Shown piece after piece: positions 12,401 to 27,078 of a DNA stretch of 64,000 nucleotides. The stretch spans positions 16,368,001-16,432,000 of the forward strand of contig OZ024764.1 of the NCBI GenBank assembly GCA_964016885.1. The letters run 5' to 3'. A model generated the notes under the pieces. That model saw only the letters and a program-made list of their open reading frames with translations, was not told the DNA's origin and searched no databases. The first letter of the stretch is position 1, and each line of letters opens with the position of its first letter. The position numbers and the translations under genes were made by a program. The stretch is from Eledone cirrhosa (Eukaryota).

Positions 12401-15400
12401 ATCAGACCAGGGAGACAATGTTTCCATTGGTCTTTCCATTGTTGATACTATCTGTTGGTTGTCAGATCAGACCAGGGAGACAATGTTTCCATTGGTCTTT
12501 CCATTGTTGATACTATCTGTTGGTTGTCAGATCAGACCAAGGAAACAATGTTTCCATTGGTCTTTCCATTGTTGATACTATGTGTTGGTTGTCAGATCAG
12601 ACCAAGGAGACAATGTTTCCATTGGTCTTTCCATTGTTGATACTATGTGTTGGTTGTCAGATCAGACCAGGGAGACAATGTTTCCATTGGTCTTTCCATT
12701 GTTGATACTATATGTTGGTTGTCAGATCAGACCAAGGAATCAATGTTTCCATTGGTCTTTCCATTGTTGATACTATCTGTTGGTTGTCAGATCAGACCAG
12801 GGAAACAATGTTTCCATTGGTCTTTCCATTGTTGATACTATCTGTTGGTTGTCAGATCAGACCAAGGAAACAATGTTTCCATTGGTCTTTCCATTGTTGA
12901 TACTATCTGTTGGTTGTCAGATCAGACCAGGGAGACAATGTTTCCATTGGTCTTTCCATTGTTGATACTATCTGTTGGTTGTCAGATCAGACCAAGGAAA
13001 CAATGTTTCCATTGGTCTTTCCATTGTTGATACTATCTGTTGGTTGTCAGATCAGACCAGGGAGACAATGTTTCCATTGGTCTTTCCATTGTTGATACTA
13101 TCTGTTGGTTGTCAGATCAGACCAAGGAATCAATGTTTCCATTGGTCTTTCCATTGTTGATACTATCTGTTGGTTGTCAGATCAGACCAAGGAGACAATG
13201 TTTCCATTGGTCTTTCCATTGTTGATACTATCTGTTGGTTGTCAGATCAGACCAAGGAATCAATGTTTCCATTGGTCTTTCCATTGTTGATACTATCTGT
13301 TGGTTGTCAGATCAGACCAAGGAGACAATGTTTCCATTGGTCTTTCCATTGTTGATACTATCTGTTGGTTGTCAGATCAGACCAGGGAAACAATGTTTCC
13401 ATTGGTCTTTCCATTGTTGATACTATCTGTTGGTTGTCAGATCAGACCAAGGAAACAATGTTTCCATTGGTCTTTCCATTGTTGATACTATATGTTGGTT
13501 GTCAGATCAGACCAAGGAATCAATGTTTCCATTGGTCTTTCCATTGTTGATACTATCTGTTGGTTGTCAGATCAGACCAAGGAGACAATGTTTCCATTGG
13601 TCTTTCCATTGTTGATACTATCTGTTGGTTGTCAGATCAGACCAAGGAGACAATGTTTCCATTGGTCTTTCCATTGTTGATACTATCTGTTGGTTGTCAG
13701 ATCAGACCAGGGAAACAATGTTTCCATTGGTCTTTCCATTGTTGATACTATCTGTTGGTTGTCAGATCAGACCAAGGAAACAATGTTTCCATTGGTCTTT
13801 CCATTGTTGATACTATCTGTTGGTTGTCAGATCAGACCAAGGAATCAATGTTTCCATTGGTCTTTCCATTGTTGATACTATCTGTTGGTTGTCAGATCAG
13901 ACCAGGGAAACAATGTTTCCATTGGTCTTTCCATTGTTGATACTATCTGTTGGTTGTCAGATCAGACCAGGGAGACAATGTTTCCATTGGTCTTTCCATT
14001 GTTGATACTATCTGTTGGTTGTCAGATCAGACCAAGGAATCAATGTTTCCATTGGTCTTTCCATTGTTGATACTATCTGTTGGTTGTCAGATCAGACCAA
14101 GGAATCAATGTTTCCATTGGTCTTTCCATTGTTGATACTATCTGTTGGTTGTCAGATCAGACCAGGGAGACAATGTTTCCATTGGTCTTTCCATTGTTGA
14201 TACTATCTGTTGGTTGTCAGATCAGACCAGGGAGACAATGATTCCATTGGTCTTTCCATTGTTGATACTATCTGTTGGTTGTCAGATCAGACCAGGGAGA
14301 CAATGTTTCCATTGGTCTTTCCACTGTTGATACTATCTGTTGGTTGTCAGATCAGACCAAGGAGACAATGTTTCCATTGGTCTTTCCATTGTTGATACTA
14401 TCTGTTGGTTGTCAGATCAGACCAAGGAATCAATGTTTCCATTGGTCTTTCCATTGTTGATACTATCTGTTGGTTGTCAGATCAGACCAAGGAATCAATG
14501 TTTCCATTGGTCTTTCCATTGTTGATACTATCTGTTGGTTGTCAGATCAGACCAAGGAATCAATGTTTCCATTGGTCTTTCCATTGTTGATACTATCTGT
14601 TGGTTGTCAGATCAGACCAAGGAATCAATGTTTCCATTGGTCTTTCCATTGTTGATACTATCTGTTGGTTGTCAGATCAGACCAAGGAATCAATGTTTCC
14701 ATTGGTCTTTCCATTGTTGATACTATCTGTTGGTTGTCAGATCAGACCAGGGAGACAATGTTTCCATTGGTCTTTCCATTGTTGATACTATCTGTTGGTT
14801 GTCAGATCAGACCAGGGAGACAATGATTCCATTGGTCTTTCCATTGTTGATACTATCTGTTGGTTGTCAGATCAGACCAGGGAGACAATGTTTCCATTGG
14901 TCTTTCCACTGTTGATACTATCTGTTGGTTGTCAGATCAGACCAAGGAGACAATGTTTCCATTGGTCTTTCCATTGTTGATACTATCTGTTGGTTGTCAG
15001 ATCAGACCAAGGAGACAATGTTTCCATTGGTCTTTCCATTGTTGATACTATCTGTTGGTTGTCAGATCAGACCAGGGAGACAATGTTTCCATTGGTCTTT
15101 CCATTGTTGATACTATCTGTTGGTTGTCAGATCAGATCAAGGAAACAATGTTTCCATTGGTCTTTCCATTGTTGATACTATCTGTTGGTTGTCAGATCAG
15201 ACCAGGGAGACAATGTTTCCATTGGTCTTTCCATTGTTGATACTATCTGTTGGTTGTCAGATCAGACCAAGGAGACAATGTTTCCATTGGTCTTTCCATT
15301 GTTGATACTATCTGTTGGTTGTCAGATCAGATCAAGGAAACAATGTTTCCATTGGTCTTTCCATTGTTGATACTATCTGTTGGTTGTCAGATCAGACCAG

Positions 15401-18400
15401 GGAGACAATGTTTCCATTGGTCTTTCCATTGTTGATACTATCTGTTGGTTGTCAGATCAGACCAAGGAATCAATGTTTCCATTGGTCTTTCCATTGTTGA
15501 TACTATCTGTTGGTTGTCAGATCAGACCAGGGAGACAATGTTTCCATTGGTCTTTCCATTGTTGATACTATCTGTTGGTTGTCAGATCAGACCAGGGAGA
15601 CAATGTTTCCATTGGTCTTTCCATTGTTGATACTATCTGTTGGTTGTCAGATCAGACCAGGGAGACAATGTTTCCATTGGTCTTTCCATTGTTGATACTA
15701 TCTGTTGGTTGTCAGATCAGACCAAGGAATCAATGTTTCCATTGGTCTTTCCATTGTTGATACTATCTGTTGGTTGTCAGATCAGACCAGGGAGACAATG
15801 TTTCCATTGGTCTTTCCATTGTTGATACTATCTGTTGGTTGTCAGATCAGACCAGGGAGACAATGTTTCCATTGGTCTTTCCATTGTTGATACTATCTGT
15901 TGGTTGTCAGATCAGACCAGGGAGACAATGTTTCCATTGGTCTTTCCATTGTTGATACTATCTGTTGGTTGTCAGATCAGACCAAGGAATCAATGTTTCC
16001 ATTGGTCTTTCCATTGTTGATACTATCTGTTGGTTGTCAGATCAGACCAAGGAATCAATGTTTCCATTGGTCTTTCCATTGTTGATACTATCTGTTGGTT
16101 GTCAGATCAGACCAAGGAATCAATGTTTCCATTGGTCTTTCCATTGTTGATACTATCTGTTGGTTGTCAGATCAGACCAAGGAATCAATGTTTCCATTGG
16201 TCTTTCCATTGTTGATACTATCTGTTGGTTGTCAGATCAGACCAAGGAAACAATGTTTCCATTGGTCTTTCCATTGTTGATACTATCTGTTGGTTGTCAG
16301 ATCAGACCAGGGAGACAATGTTTCCATTGGTCTTTCCACTGTTGATACTATCTGTTGGTTGTCAGATCAGACCAGGGAGACAATGTTTCCATTGGTCTTT
16401 CCATTGTTGATACTATCTGTTGGTTGTCAGATCAGACCAGGGAGACAATGTTTCCATTGGTCTTTCCATTGTTGATACTATCTGTTGGTTGTCAGATCAG
16501 ACCAAGGAAATCATGTTTCCATTGGTCTTTCCATTGTTGATACTATCTGTTGGTTGTCAGATCAGACCAGGGAGACAATGTTTCCATTGGTCTTTCCATT
16601 GTTGATACTATCTGTTGGTTGTCAGATCAGACCAAGGAATCAATGTTTCCATTGGTCTTTCCATTGTTGATACTATATGTTGGTTGTCAGATCAGACCAG
16701 GGAGACAATGTTTCCATTGGTCTTTCCATTGTTGATACTATCTGTTGGTTGTCAGATCAGACCAAGGAAACAATGTTTCCATTGGTCTTTCCACTGTTGA
16801 TACTATCTGTTGGTTGTCAGATCAGACCAAGGAATCAATGTTTCCATTGGTCTTTCCATTGTTGATACTATCTGTTGGTTGTCAGATCAGACCAAGGAAA
16901 CAATGTTTCCATTGGTCTTTCCATTGTTGATACTATCTGTTGGTTGTCAGATCAGACCAAGGAAACAATGTTTCCATTGGTCTTTCCATTGTTGATACTA
17001 TCTGTTGGTTGTCAGATCAAACCAAGGAGACAATGTTTCCATTGGTCTTTCCACTGTTGATACTATCTGTTGGTTGTCAGATCAAACCAAGGAGACAATG
17101 TTTCCATTGGTCTTTCCATTGTTGATACTATCTGTTGGTTGTCAGATCAGACCAGGGAGACAATGTTTCCATTGGTCTTTCCATTGTTGATACTATCTGT
17201 TGGTTGTCAGATCAGACCAAGGAAACAATGTTTCCATTGGTCTTTCCATTGTTGATACTATCTGTTGGTTGTCAGATCAGACCAAGGAATCAATGTTTCC
17301 ATTGGTCTTTCCATTGTTGATACTATCTGTTGGTTGTCAGATCAGACCAGGGAGACAATGTTTCCATTGGTCTTTCCATTGTTGATACTATCTGTTGGTT
17401 GTCAGATCAGACCAAGGAAACAATGTTTCCATTGGTCTTTCCATTGTTGATACTATCTGTTGGTTGTCAGATCAAACCAAGGAAACAATGTTTCCATTGG
17501 TCTTTCCATTGTTGATACTATCTGTTGGTTGTCAGATCAGACCAGGGAGACAATGTTTCCATTGGTCTTTCCATTGTTGATACTATCTGTTGGTTGTCAG
17601 ATCAGACCAAGGAAACAATGTTTCCATTGGTCTTTCCATTGTTGATACTATCTGTTGGTTGTCAGATCAAACCAAGGAAACAATGTTTCCATTGGTCTTT
17701 CCATTGTTGATACTATCTGTTGGTTGTCAGATCAGACCAAGGAAACAATGTTTCCATTGGTCTTTCCATTGTTGATACTATCTGTTGGTTGTCAGATCAG
17801 ACCAAGGAAACAATGTTTCCATTGGTCTTTCCATTGTTGATACTATCTGTTGGTTGTCAGATCAGACCAGGGAAACAATGTTTCCATTGGTCTTTCCATT
17901 GTTGATACTATCTGTTGGTTGTCAGATCAAACCAAGGAAACAATGTTTCCATTGGTCTTTCCATTGTTGATACTATCTGTTGGTTGTCAGATCAGACCAA
18001 GGAAACAATGTTTCCATTGGTCTTTCCATTGTTGATACTATCTGTTGGTTGTCAGATCAGACCAGGGAAACAATGTTTCCATTGGTCTTTCCATTGTTGA
18101 TACTATCTGTTGGTTGTCAGATCAGACCAGGGAAACAATGTTTCCATTGGTCTTTCCATTGTTGATACTATCTGTTGGTTGTCAGATCAGACCAGGGAGA
18201 CAATGTTTCCATTGGTCTTTCCATTGTTGATACTATCTGTTGGTTGTCAGATCAGACCAGGGAGACAATGTTTCCATTGGTCTTTCCATTGTTGATACTA
18301 TCTGTTGGTTGTCAGATCAGACCAAGGAAACAATGTTTCCATTGGTCTTTCCATTGTTGATACTATCTGTTGGTTGTCAGATCAGACCAAGGAAACAATG

Positions 18401-21400
18401 TTTCCATTGGTCTTTCCATTGTTGATACTATCTGTTGGTTGTCAGATCAGACCAAGGAAACAATGTTTCCATTGGTCTTTCCACTGTTGATACTATCTGT
18501 TGGTTGTCAGATCAGACCAAGGAAACAATGTTTCCATTGGTCTTTCCACTGTTGATACTATCTGTTGGTTGTCAGATCAGACCAAGGAAACAATGTTTCC
18601 ATTGGTCTTTCCATTGTTGATACTATCTGTTGGTTGTCAGATCAGACCAGGGAGACAATGTTTCCATTGGTCTTTCCATTGTTGATACTATCTGTTGGTT
18701 GTCAGATCAGACCAAGGAAACAATGTTTCCATTGGTCTTTCCACTGTTGATACTATCTGTTGGTTGTCAGATCAGACCAAGGAATCAATGTTTCCATTGG
18801 TCTTTCCACTGTTGATACTATCTGTTGGTTGTCAGATCAGACCAAGGAATCAATGTTTCCATTGGTCTTTCCACTGTTGATACTATCTGTTGGTTGTCAG
18901 ATCAGACCAAGGAATCAATGTTTCCATTGGTCTTTCCACTGTTGATACTATCTGTTGGTTGTCAGATCAGACCAAGGAAACAATGTTTCCATTGGTCTTT
19001 CCACTGTTGATACTATCTGTTGGTTGTCAGATCAGACCAAGGAAACAATGTTTCCATTGGTCTTTCCATTGTTGATACTATCTGTTGGTTGTCAGATCAG
19101 ACCAAGGAATCAATGTTTCCATTGGTCTTTCCACTGTTGATACTATCTGTTGGTTGTCAGATCAGACCAAGGAAACAATGTTTCCATTGGTCTTTCCACT
19201 GTTGATACTATCTGTTGGTTGTCAGATCAGACCAAGGAATCAATGTTTCCATTGGTCTTTCCACTGTTGATACTATCTGTTGGTTGTCAGATCAGACCAA
19301 GGAATCAATGTTTCCATTGGTCTTTCCACTGTTGATACTATCTGTTGGTTGTCAGATCAGACCAAGGAGACAATGTTTCCATTGGTCTTTCCATTGTTGA
19401 TACTATCTGTTGGTTGTCAGATCAGACCAAGGAAACAATGTTTCCATTGGTCTTTCCATTGTTGATACTATCTGTTGGTTGTCAGATCAGACCAAGGAAT
19501 CAATGTTTCCATTGGTCTTTCCATTGTTGATACTATCTGTTGGTTGTCAGATCAGACCAAGGAAACAATGTTTCCATTGGTCTTTCCATTGTTGATACTA
19601 TCTGTTGGTTGTCAGATCAGACCAAGGAATCAATGTTTCCATTGGTCTTTCCACTGTTGATACTATCTGTTGGTTGTCAGATCAGACCAGGGAGACAATG
19701 TTTCCATTGGTCTTTCCATTGTTGATACTATCTGTTGGTTGTCAGATCAGACCAAGGAAACAATGTTTCCATTGGTCTTTCCATTGTTGATACTATCTGT
19801 TGGTTGTCAGATCAGACCAGGGAGACAATATTTCCATTGGTCTTTCCATTGTTGATACTATCTGTTGGTTGTCAGATCAGACCAGGGAAACAATGTTTCC
19901 ATTGGTCTTTCCATTGTTGATACTATCTGTTGGTTGTCAGATCAGACCAGGGAGACAATATTTCCATTGGTCTTTCCATTGTTGATACTATCTGTTGGTT
20001 GTCAGATCAGACCAAGGAAACAATGTTTCCATTGGTCTTTCCATTGTTGATACTATCTGTTGGTTGTCAGATCAGACCAGGGAGACAATGTTTCCATTGG
20101 TCTTTCCATTGTTGATACTATCTGTTGGTTGTCAGATCAGACCAGGGAAACAATGTTTCCATTGGTCTTTCCATTGTTGATACTATCTGTTGGTTGTCAG
20201 ATCAGACCAAGGAAACAATGTTTCCATTGGTCTTTCCATTGTTGATACTATCTGTTGGTTGTCAGATCAGACCAAGGAAACAATGTTTCCATTGGTCTTT
20301 CCATTGTTGATACTATCTGTTGGTTGTCAGATCAGACCAGGGAAACAATGTTTCCATTGGTCTTTCCATTGTTGATACTATCTGTTGGTTGTCAGATCAG
20401 ACCAGGGAGACAATGTTTCCATTGGTCTTTCCATTGTTGATACTATCTGTTGGTTGTCAGATCAGACCAAGGAAACAATGTTTCCATTGGTCTTTCCATT
20501 GTTGATACTATCTGTTGGTTGTCAGATCAGACCAAGGAAACAATGTTTCCATTGGTCTTTCCACTGTTGATACTATCTGTTGGTTGTCAGATCAGACCAA
20601 GGAATCAATGTTTCCATTGGTCTTTCCACTGTTGATACTGTCTGTTGGTTGTCAGATCAGACCAAGGAATCAATGTTTCCATTGGTCTTTCCATTGTTGA
20701 TACTATCTGTTGGTTGTCAGATCAGACCAAGGAATCAATGTTTCCATTGGTCTTTCCACTGTTGATACTATCTGTTGGTTGTCAGATCAGACCAAGGAAT
20801 CAATGTTTCCATTGGTCTTTCCACTGTTGATACTATCTGTTGGTTGTCAGATCAGACCAAGGAAACAATGTTTCCATTGGTCTTTCCACTGTTGATACTA
20901 TCTGTTGGTTGTCAGATCAGACCAAGGAAACAATGTTTCCATTGGTCTTTCCATTGTTGATACTATCTGTTGGTTGTCAGATCAGACCAAGGAATCAATG
21001 TTTCCATTGGTCTTTCCACTGTTGATACTATCTGTTGGTTGTCAGATCAGACCAAGGAAACAATGTTTCCATTGGTCTTTCCACTGTTGATACTATCTGT
21101 TGGTTGTCAGATCAGACCAAGGAATCAATGTTTCCATTGGTCTTTCCACTGTTGATACTATCTGTTGGTTGTCAGATCAGACCAAGGAATCAATGTTTCC
21201 ATTGGTCTTTCCACTGTTGATACTATCTGTTGGTTGTCAGATCAGACCAAGGAGACAATGTTTCCATTGGTCTTTCCATTGTTGATACTATCTGTTGGTT
21301 GTCAGATCAGACCAAGGAAACAATGTTTCCATTGGTCTTTCCATTGTTGATACTATCTGTTGGTTGTCAGATCAGACCAAGGAATCAATGTTTCCATTGG

Positions 21401-24400
21401 TCTTTCCATTGTTGATACTATCTGTTGGTTGTCAGATCAGACCAAGGAAACAATGTTTCCATTGGTCTTTCCATTGTTGATACTATCTGTTGGTTGTCAG
21501 ATCAGACCAAGGAATCAATGTTTCCATTGGTCTTTCCACTGTTGATACTATCTGTTGGTTGTCAGATCAGACCAGGGAGACAATGTTTCCATTGGTCTTT
21601 CCATTGTTGATACTATCTGTTGGTTGTCAGATCAGACCAAGGAAACAATGTTTCCATTGGTCTTTCCATTGTTGATACTATCTGTTGGTTGTCAGATCAG
21701 ACCAGGGAGACAATATTTCCATTGGTCTTTCCATTGTTGATACTATCTGTTGGTTGTCAGATCAGACCAGGGAAACAATGTTTCCATTGGTCTTTCCATT
21801 GTTGATACTATCTGTTGGTTGTCAGATCAGACCAGGGAGACAATATTTCCATTGGTCTTTCCATTGTTGATACTATCTGTTGGTTGTCAGATCAGACCAA
21901 GGAAACAATGTTTCCATTGGTCTTTCCATTGTTGATACTATCTGTTGGTTGTCAGATCAGACCAGGGAGACAATGTTTCCATTGGTCTTTCCATTGTTGA
22001 TACTATCTGTTGGTTGTCAGATCAGACCAGGGAAACAATGTTTCCATTGGTCTTTCCATTGTTGATACTATCTGTTGGTTGTCAGATCAGACCAAGGAAA
22101 CAATGTTTCCATTGGTCTTTCCATTGTTGATACTATCTGTTGGTTGTCAGATCAGACCAAGGAAACAATGTTTCCATTGGTCTTTCCATTGTTGATACTA
22201 TCTGTTGGTTGTCAGATCAGACCAGGGAAACAATGTTTCCATTGGTCTTTCCATTGTTGATACTATCTGTTGGTTGTCAGATCAGACCAGGGAGACAATG
22301 TTTCCATTGGTCTTTCCATTGTTGATACTATCTGTTGGTTGTCAGATCAGACCAAGGAAACAATGTTTCCATTGGTCTTTCCATTGTTGATACTATCTGT
22401 TGGTTGTCAGATCAGACCAAGGAAACAATGTTTCCATTGGTCTTTCCACTGTTGATACTATCTGTTGGTTGTCAGATCAGACCAAGGAATCAATGTTTCC
22501 ATTGGTCTTTCCACTGTTGATACTGTCTGTTGGTTGTCAGATCAGACCAAGGAATCAATGTTTCCATTGGTCTTTCCATTGTTGATACTATCTGTTGGTT
22601 GTCAGATCAGACCAAGGAATCAATGTTTCCATTGGTCTTTCCACTGTTGATACTATCTGTTGGTTGTCAGATCAGACCAAGGAAACAATGTTTCCATTGG
22701 TCTTTCCATTGTTGATACTATCTGTTGGTTGTCAGATCAGACCAAGGAAACAATGTTTCCATTGGTCTTTCCATTGTTGATACTATCTGTTGGTTGTCAG
22801 ATCAGACCAAGGAAACAATGTTTCCATTGGTCTTTCCATTGTTGATACTATCTGTTGGTTGTCAGATCAGACCAAGGAAACAATGTTTCCATTGGTCTTT
22901 CCATTGTTGATACTATCTGTTGGTTGTCAGATCAGACCAAGGAAACAATGTTTCCATTGGTCTTTCCATTGTTGATACTATCTGTTGGTTGTCAGATCAG
23001 ACCAAGGAAACAATGTTTCCATTGGTCTTTCCATTGTTGATACTATGTGTTGGTTGTCAGATCAGACCAGGGAGACAATGTTTCCATTGGTCTTTCCATT
23101 GTTGATACTATCTGTTGGTTGTCAGATCAGACCAAGGAATCAATGTTTCCATTGGTCTTTCCACTGTTGATACTATCTGTTGGTTGTCAGATCAGACCAG
23201 GGAGACAATGTTTCCATTGGTCTTTCCATTGTTGATACTATCTGTTGGTTGTCAGATCAGACCAGGGAGACAATGTTTCCATTGGTCTTTCCATTGTTGA
23301 TACTATCTGTTGGTTGTCAGATCAGACCAAGGAATCAATGTTTCCATTGGTCTTTCCACTGTTGATACTATCTGTTGGTTGTCAGATCAGACCAGGGAGA
23401 CAATGTTTCCATTGGTCTTTCCATTGTTGATACTATCTGTTGGTTGTCAGATCAGACCAGGGAGACAATGTTTCCATTGGTCTTTCCATTGTTGATACTA
23501 TCTGTTGGTTGTCAGATCAGACCAAGGAATCAATGTTTCCATTGGTCTTTCCACTGTTGATACTATCTGTTGGTTGTCAGATCAGACCAAGGAAACAATG
23601 TTTCCATTGGTCTTTCCATTGTTGATACTATCTGTTGGTTGTCAGATCAGACCAAGGAATCAATGTTTCCATTGGTCTTTCCACTGTTGATACTATCTGT
23701 TGGTTGTCAGATCAGACCAAGGAGACAATGTTTCCATTGGTCTTTCCATTGTTGATACTATCTGTTGGTTGTCAGATCAGACCAGGGAGACAATGTTTCC
23801 ATTGGTCTTTCCACTGTTGATACTATCTGTTGGTTGTCAGATCAGACCAAGGAGACAATGTTTCCATTGGTCTTTCCACTGTTGATACTATCTGTTGGTT
23901 GTCAGATCAGACCAAGGAGACAATGTTTCCATTGGTCTTTCCATTGTTGATACTATCTGTTGGTTGTCAGATCAGACCAAGGAATCAATGTTTCCATTGG
24001 TCTTTCCATTGTTGATACTATCTGTTGGTTGTCAGATCAGACCAGGGAGACAATGTTTCCATTGGTCTTTCCATTGTTGATACTATCTGTTGGTTGTCAG
24101 ATCAGACCAGGGAGACAATGTTTCCATTGGTCTTTCCATTGTTGATACTATCTGTTGGTTGTCAGATCAGACCAGGGAGACAATGTTTCCATTGGTCTTT
24201 CCATTGTTGATACTATCTGTTGGTTGTCAGATCAGACCAGGGAGACAATGTTTCCATTGGTCTTTCCATTGTTGATACTATCTGTTGGTTGTCAGATCAG
24301 ACCAGGGAGACAATGTTTCCATTGGTCTTTCCACTGTTGATACTATCTGTTGGTTGTCAGATCAGACCAGGGAGACAATGTTTCCATTGGTCTTTCCATT

Positions 24401-26345
24401 GTTGATACTATCTGTTGGTTGTCAGATCAGACCAGGGAGACAATGTTTCCATTGGTCTTTCCATTGTTGATACTATCTGTTGGTTGTCAGATCAGACCAG
24501 GGAGACAATGTTTCCATTGGTCTTTCCACTGTTGATACTATCTGTTGGTTGTCAGATCAGACCAGGGAGACAATGTTTCCATTGGTCTTTCCATTGTTGA
24601 TACTATCTGTTGGTTGTCAGATCAGACCAAGGAAACAATGTTTCCATTGGTCTTTCCATTGTTGATACTATCTGTTGGTTGTCAGATCAGACCAGGGAGA
24701 CAATGTTTCCATTGGTCTTTCCATTGTTGATACTATCTGTTGGTTGTCAGATCAGACCAGGGAGACAATGTTTCCATTGGTCTTTCCATTGTTGATACTA
24801 TCTGTTGGTTGTCAGATCAGACCAAGGAAACAATGTTTCCATTGGTCTTTCCATTGTTGATACTATCTGTTGGTTGTCAGATCAAACCAAGGAAACAATG
24901 TTTCCATTGGTCTTTCCATTGTTGATACTATCTGTTGGTTGTCAGATCAGACCAAGGAAACAATGTTTCCATTGGTCTTTCCACTGTTGATACTATCTGT
25001 TGGTTGTCAGATCAGACCAAGGAAACAATGTTTCCATTGGTCTTTCCATTGTTGATACTATCTGTTGGTTGTCAGATCAGACCAGGGAGACAATGTTTCC
25101 ATTGGTCTTTCCATTGTTGATACTATCTGTTGGTTGTCAGATCAGACCAAGGAGACAATGTTTCCATTGGTCTTTCCATTGTTGATACTATCTGTTGGTT
25201 GTCAGATCAGACCAGGGAGACAATGTTTCCATTGGTCTTTCCATTGTTGATACTATCTGTTGGTTGTCAGATCAGACCAAGGAGACAATGTTTCCATTGG
25301 TCTTTCCATTGTTGATACTATCTGTTGGTTGTCAGATCAGACCAGGGAGACAATGTTTCCATTGGTCTTTCCATTGTTGATACTATCTGTTGGTTGTCAG
25401 ATCAGACCAGGGAGACAATGTTTCCATTGGTCTTTCCATTGTTGATACTATCTGTTGGTTGTCAGATCAGACCAAGGAATCAATGTTTCCATTGGTCTTT
25501 CCATTGTTGATACTATCTGTTGGTTGTCAGATCAGACCAAGGAAACAATGTTTCCATTGGTCTTTCCATTGTTGATACTATCTGTTGGTTGTCAGATCAG
25601 ACCAAGGAAACAATGTTTCCATTGGTCTTTCCATTGTTGATACTATCTGTTGGTTGTCAGATCAGACCAAGGAGACAATGTTTCCATTGGTCTTTCCATT
25701 GTTGATACTATCTGTTGGTTGTCAGATCAGACCAAGGAAACAATGTTTCCATTGGTCTTTCCATTGTTGATACTATCTGTTGGTTGTCAGATCAGACCAA
25801 GGAAACAATGTTTCCATTGGTCTTTCCATTGTTGATACTATCTGTTGGTTGTCAGATCAGACCAAGGAAACAATGTTTCCATTGGTCTTTCCATTGTTGA
25901 TACTATATGTTGGTTGTCAGATCAGACCAAGGAATCAATGTTTCCATTGGTCTTTCCATTGTTGATACTATCTGTTGGTTGTCAGATCAGACCAAGGAAT
26001 CAATGTTTCCATTGGTCTTTCCATTGTTGATACTATCTGTTGGTTGTCAGATCAGACCAAGGAATCAATGTTTCCATTGGTCTTTCCATTGTTGATACTA
26101 TCTGTTGGTTGTCAGATCAGACCAAGGAATCAATGTTTCCATTGGTCTTTCCACTGTTGATACTATCTGTTGGTTGTCAGATCAGACCAAGGAGACAATG
26201 TTTCCATTGGTCTTTCCATTGTTGATACTATCTGTTGGTTGTCAGATCAGACCAGGGAGACAATGTTTCCATTGGTCTTTCCATTGTTGATACTATCTGT
26301 TGGTTGTCAGATCAGACCAGGGAGACAATGTTTCCATTGTTGATA
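9470..26345. repeat. 65-bp satellite, ~259 units (TGGTTGTCAGATCAGACCARGGARWCAATGTTTCCATTGGTCTTTCCAYTGTTGATACTATCTGT)
   Basis: ORF-track starts step by 65 from 9530 to 26300 (258 steps) with no phase drift; variation limited to a few sites. Confidence 0.99.
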
Positions 26346-26409
26346 TTCTATGTGTACACACACGCACACATATATATGTGAGTGTATATTTATCTATCTA
26401 TATATCCAG

Positions 26410-26610
26410 TAATTATTTTTTCCAGCCTTTAATGTTCGAGACGTTTGGTGAAGTTAGGCCTCTGACAGAGAATTTCCTGTCATTGTTGGTGGCTCGTCTT
26501 AAGGTGTCTCAGAAGATGCTCCTGGTGAGGGTGCCTGGTTGTTTCAGTGCCTTAGCGTCGCGATCACCCATGGCAATGCTGCGAGTGTATTGGCTTGCCT
26601 CAAAGTGTTT
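26410..26610 (+). mobile_element. CRE-like (RLE) non-LTR retrotransposon 3' fragment
   Basis: FQPLMFETFG and, after a frameshift, FQCLSVAITHGNAASVL resemble the C-terminal restriction-like endonuclease end of CRE-clade elements. Confidence 0.65.
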
Positions 26611-26844
26611 AGTTAACCCTTATGATGCAATGTGCGGCCGATTGTCGCACTTGGTGTTGAATTCTGTTGAACACTTGGTCGATTTTGTTTTTGCCCTCCC
26701 ACCCTTTTTTTTCTTCTTTCTTTTATGCGTTTATTAACAAAATTATATTTGTAATGTTCTTCTGAACGAATTTAAAATGTTACTTATGTATATATTTAAA
26801 ACATATTTGTAATGTTATTTATATGAATAAATATTAGAGGAAGA

Positions 26845-27078
26845 GGCTATGTAGCCGGTAAGCGTGTCAGACATCCTGAATCGCGGCCCGTGTTAAGACA
26901 ATTTGAAATCTTTTCCACCATCAATTATTAAAATCATTTAGTCGTCCATTCGTAACGAACGTTACGCTTTAGTTACATACACACACATCTACACGTAAAT
27001 ACATAAACAGATACAGGACTGGTGAACCGTTATAGCGATGTCTGTTGCAATTCTTTAGGGTTTACCGGCTACATAGCC
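26845..27078. mobile_element. MITE with 17-bp TIRs (GGCTATGTAGCCGGTAA)
   Basis: Exact inverted termini at 26845-26861 and 27062-27078; no clear TSD. Confidence 0.7.

Noticed and set aside
9530-26300. ~260 near-identical 61-aa ORFs
   Set aside because: Artefact of a 65-bp tandem repeat cycling through frames, with TTG starts and no protein family signal
9470-26345. CRISPR-like array of palindromic repeats
   Set aside because: No unique spacers, no cas genes, eukaryotic context
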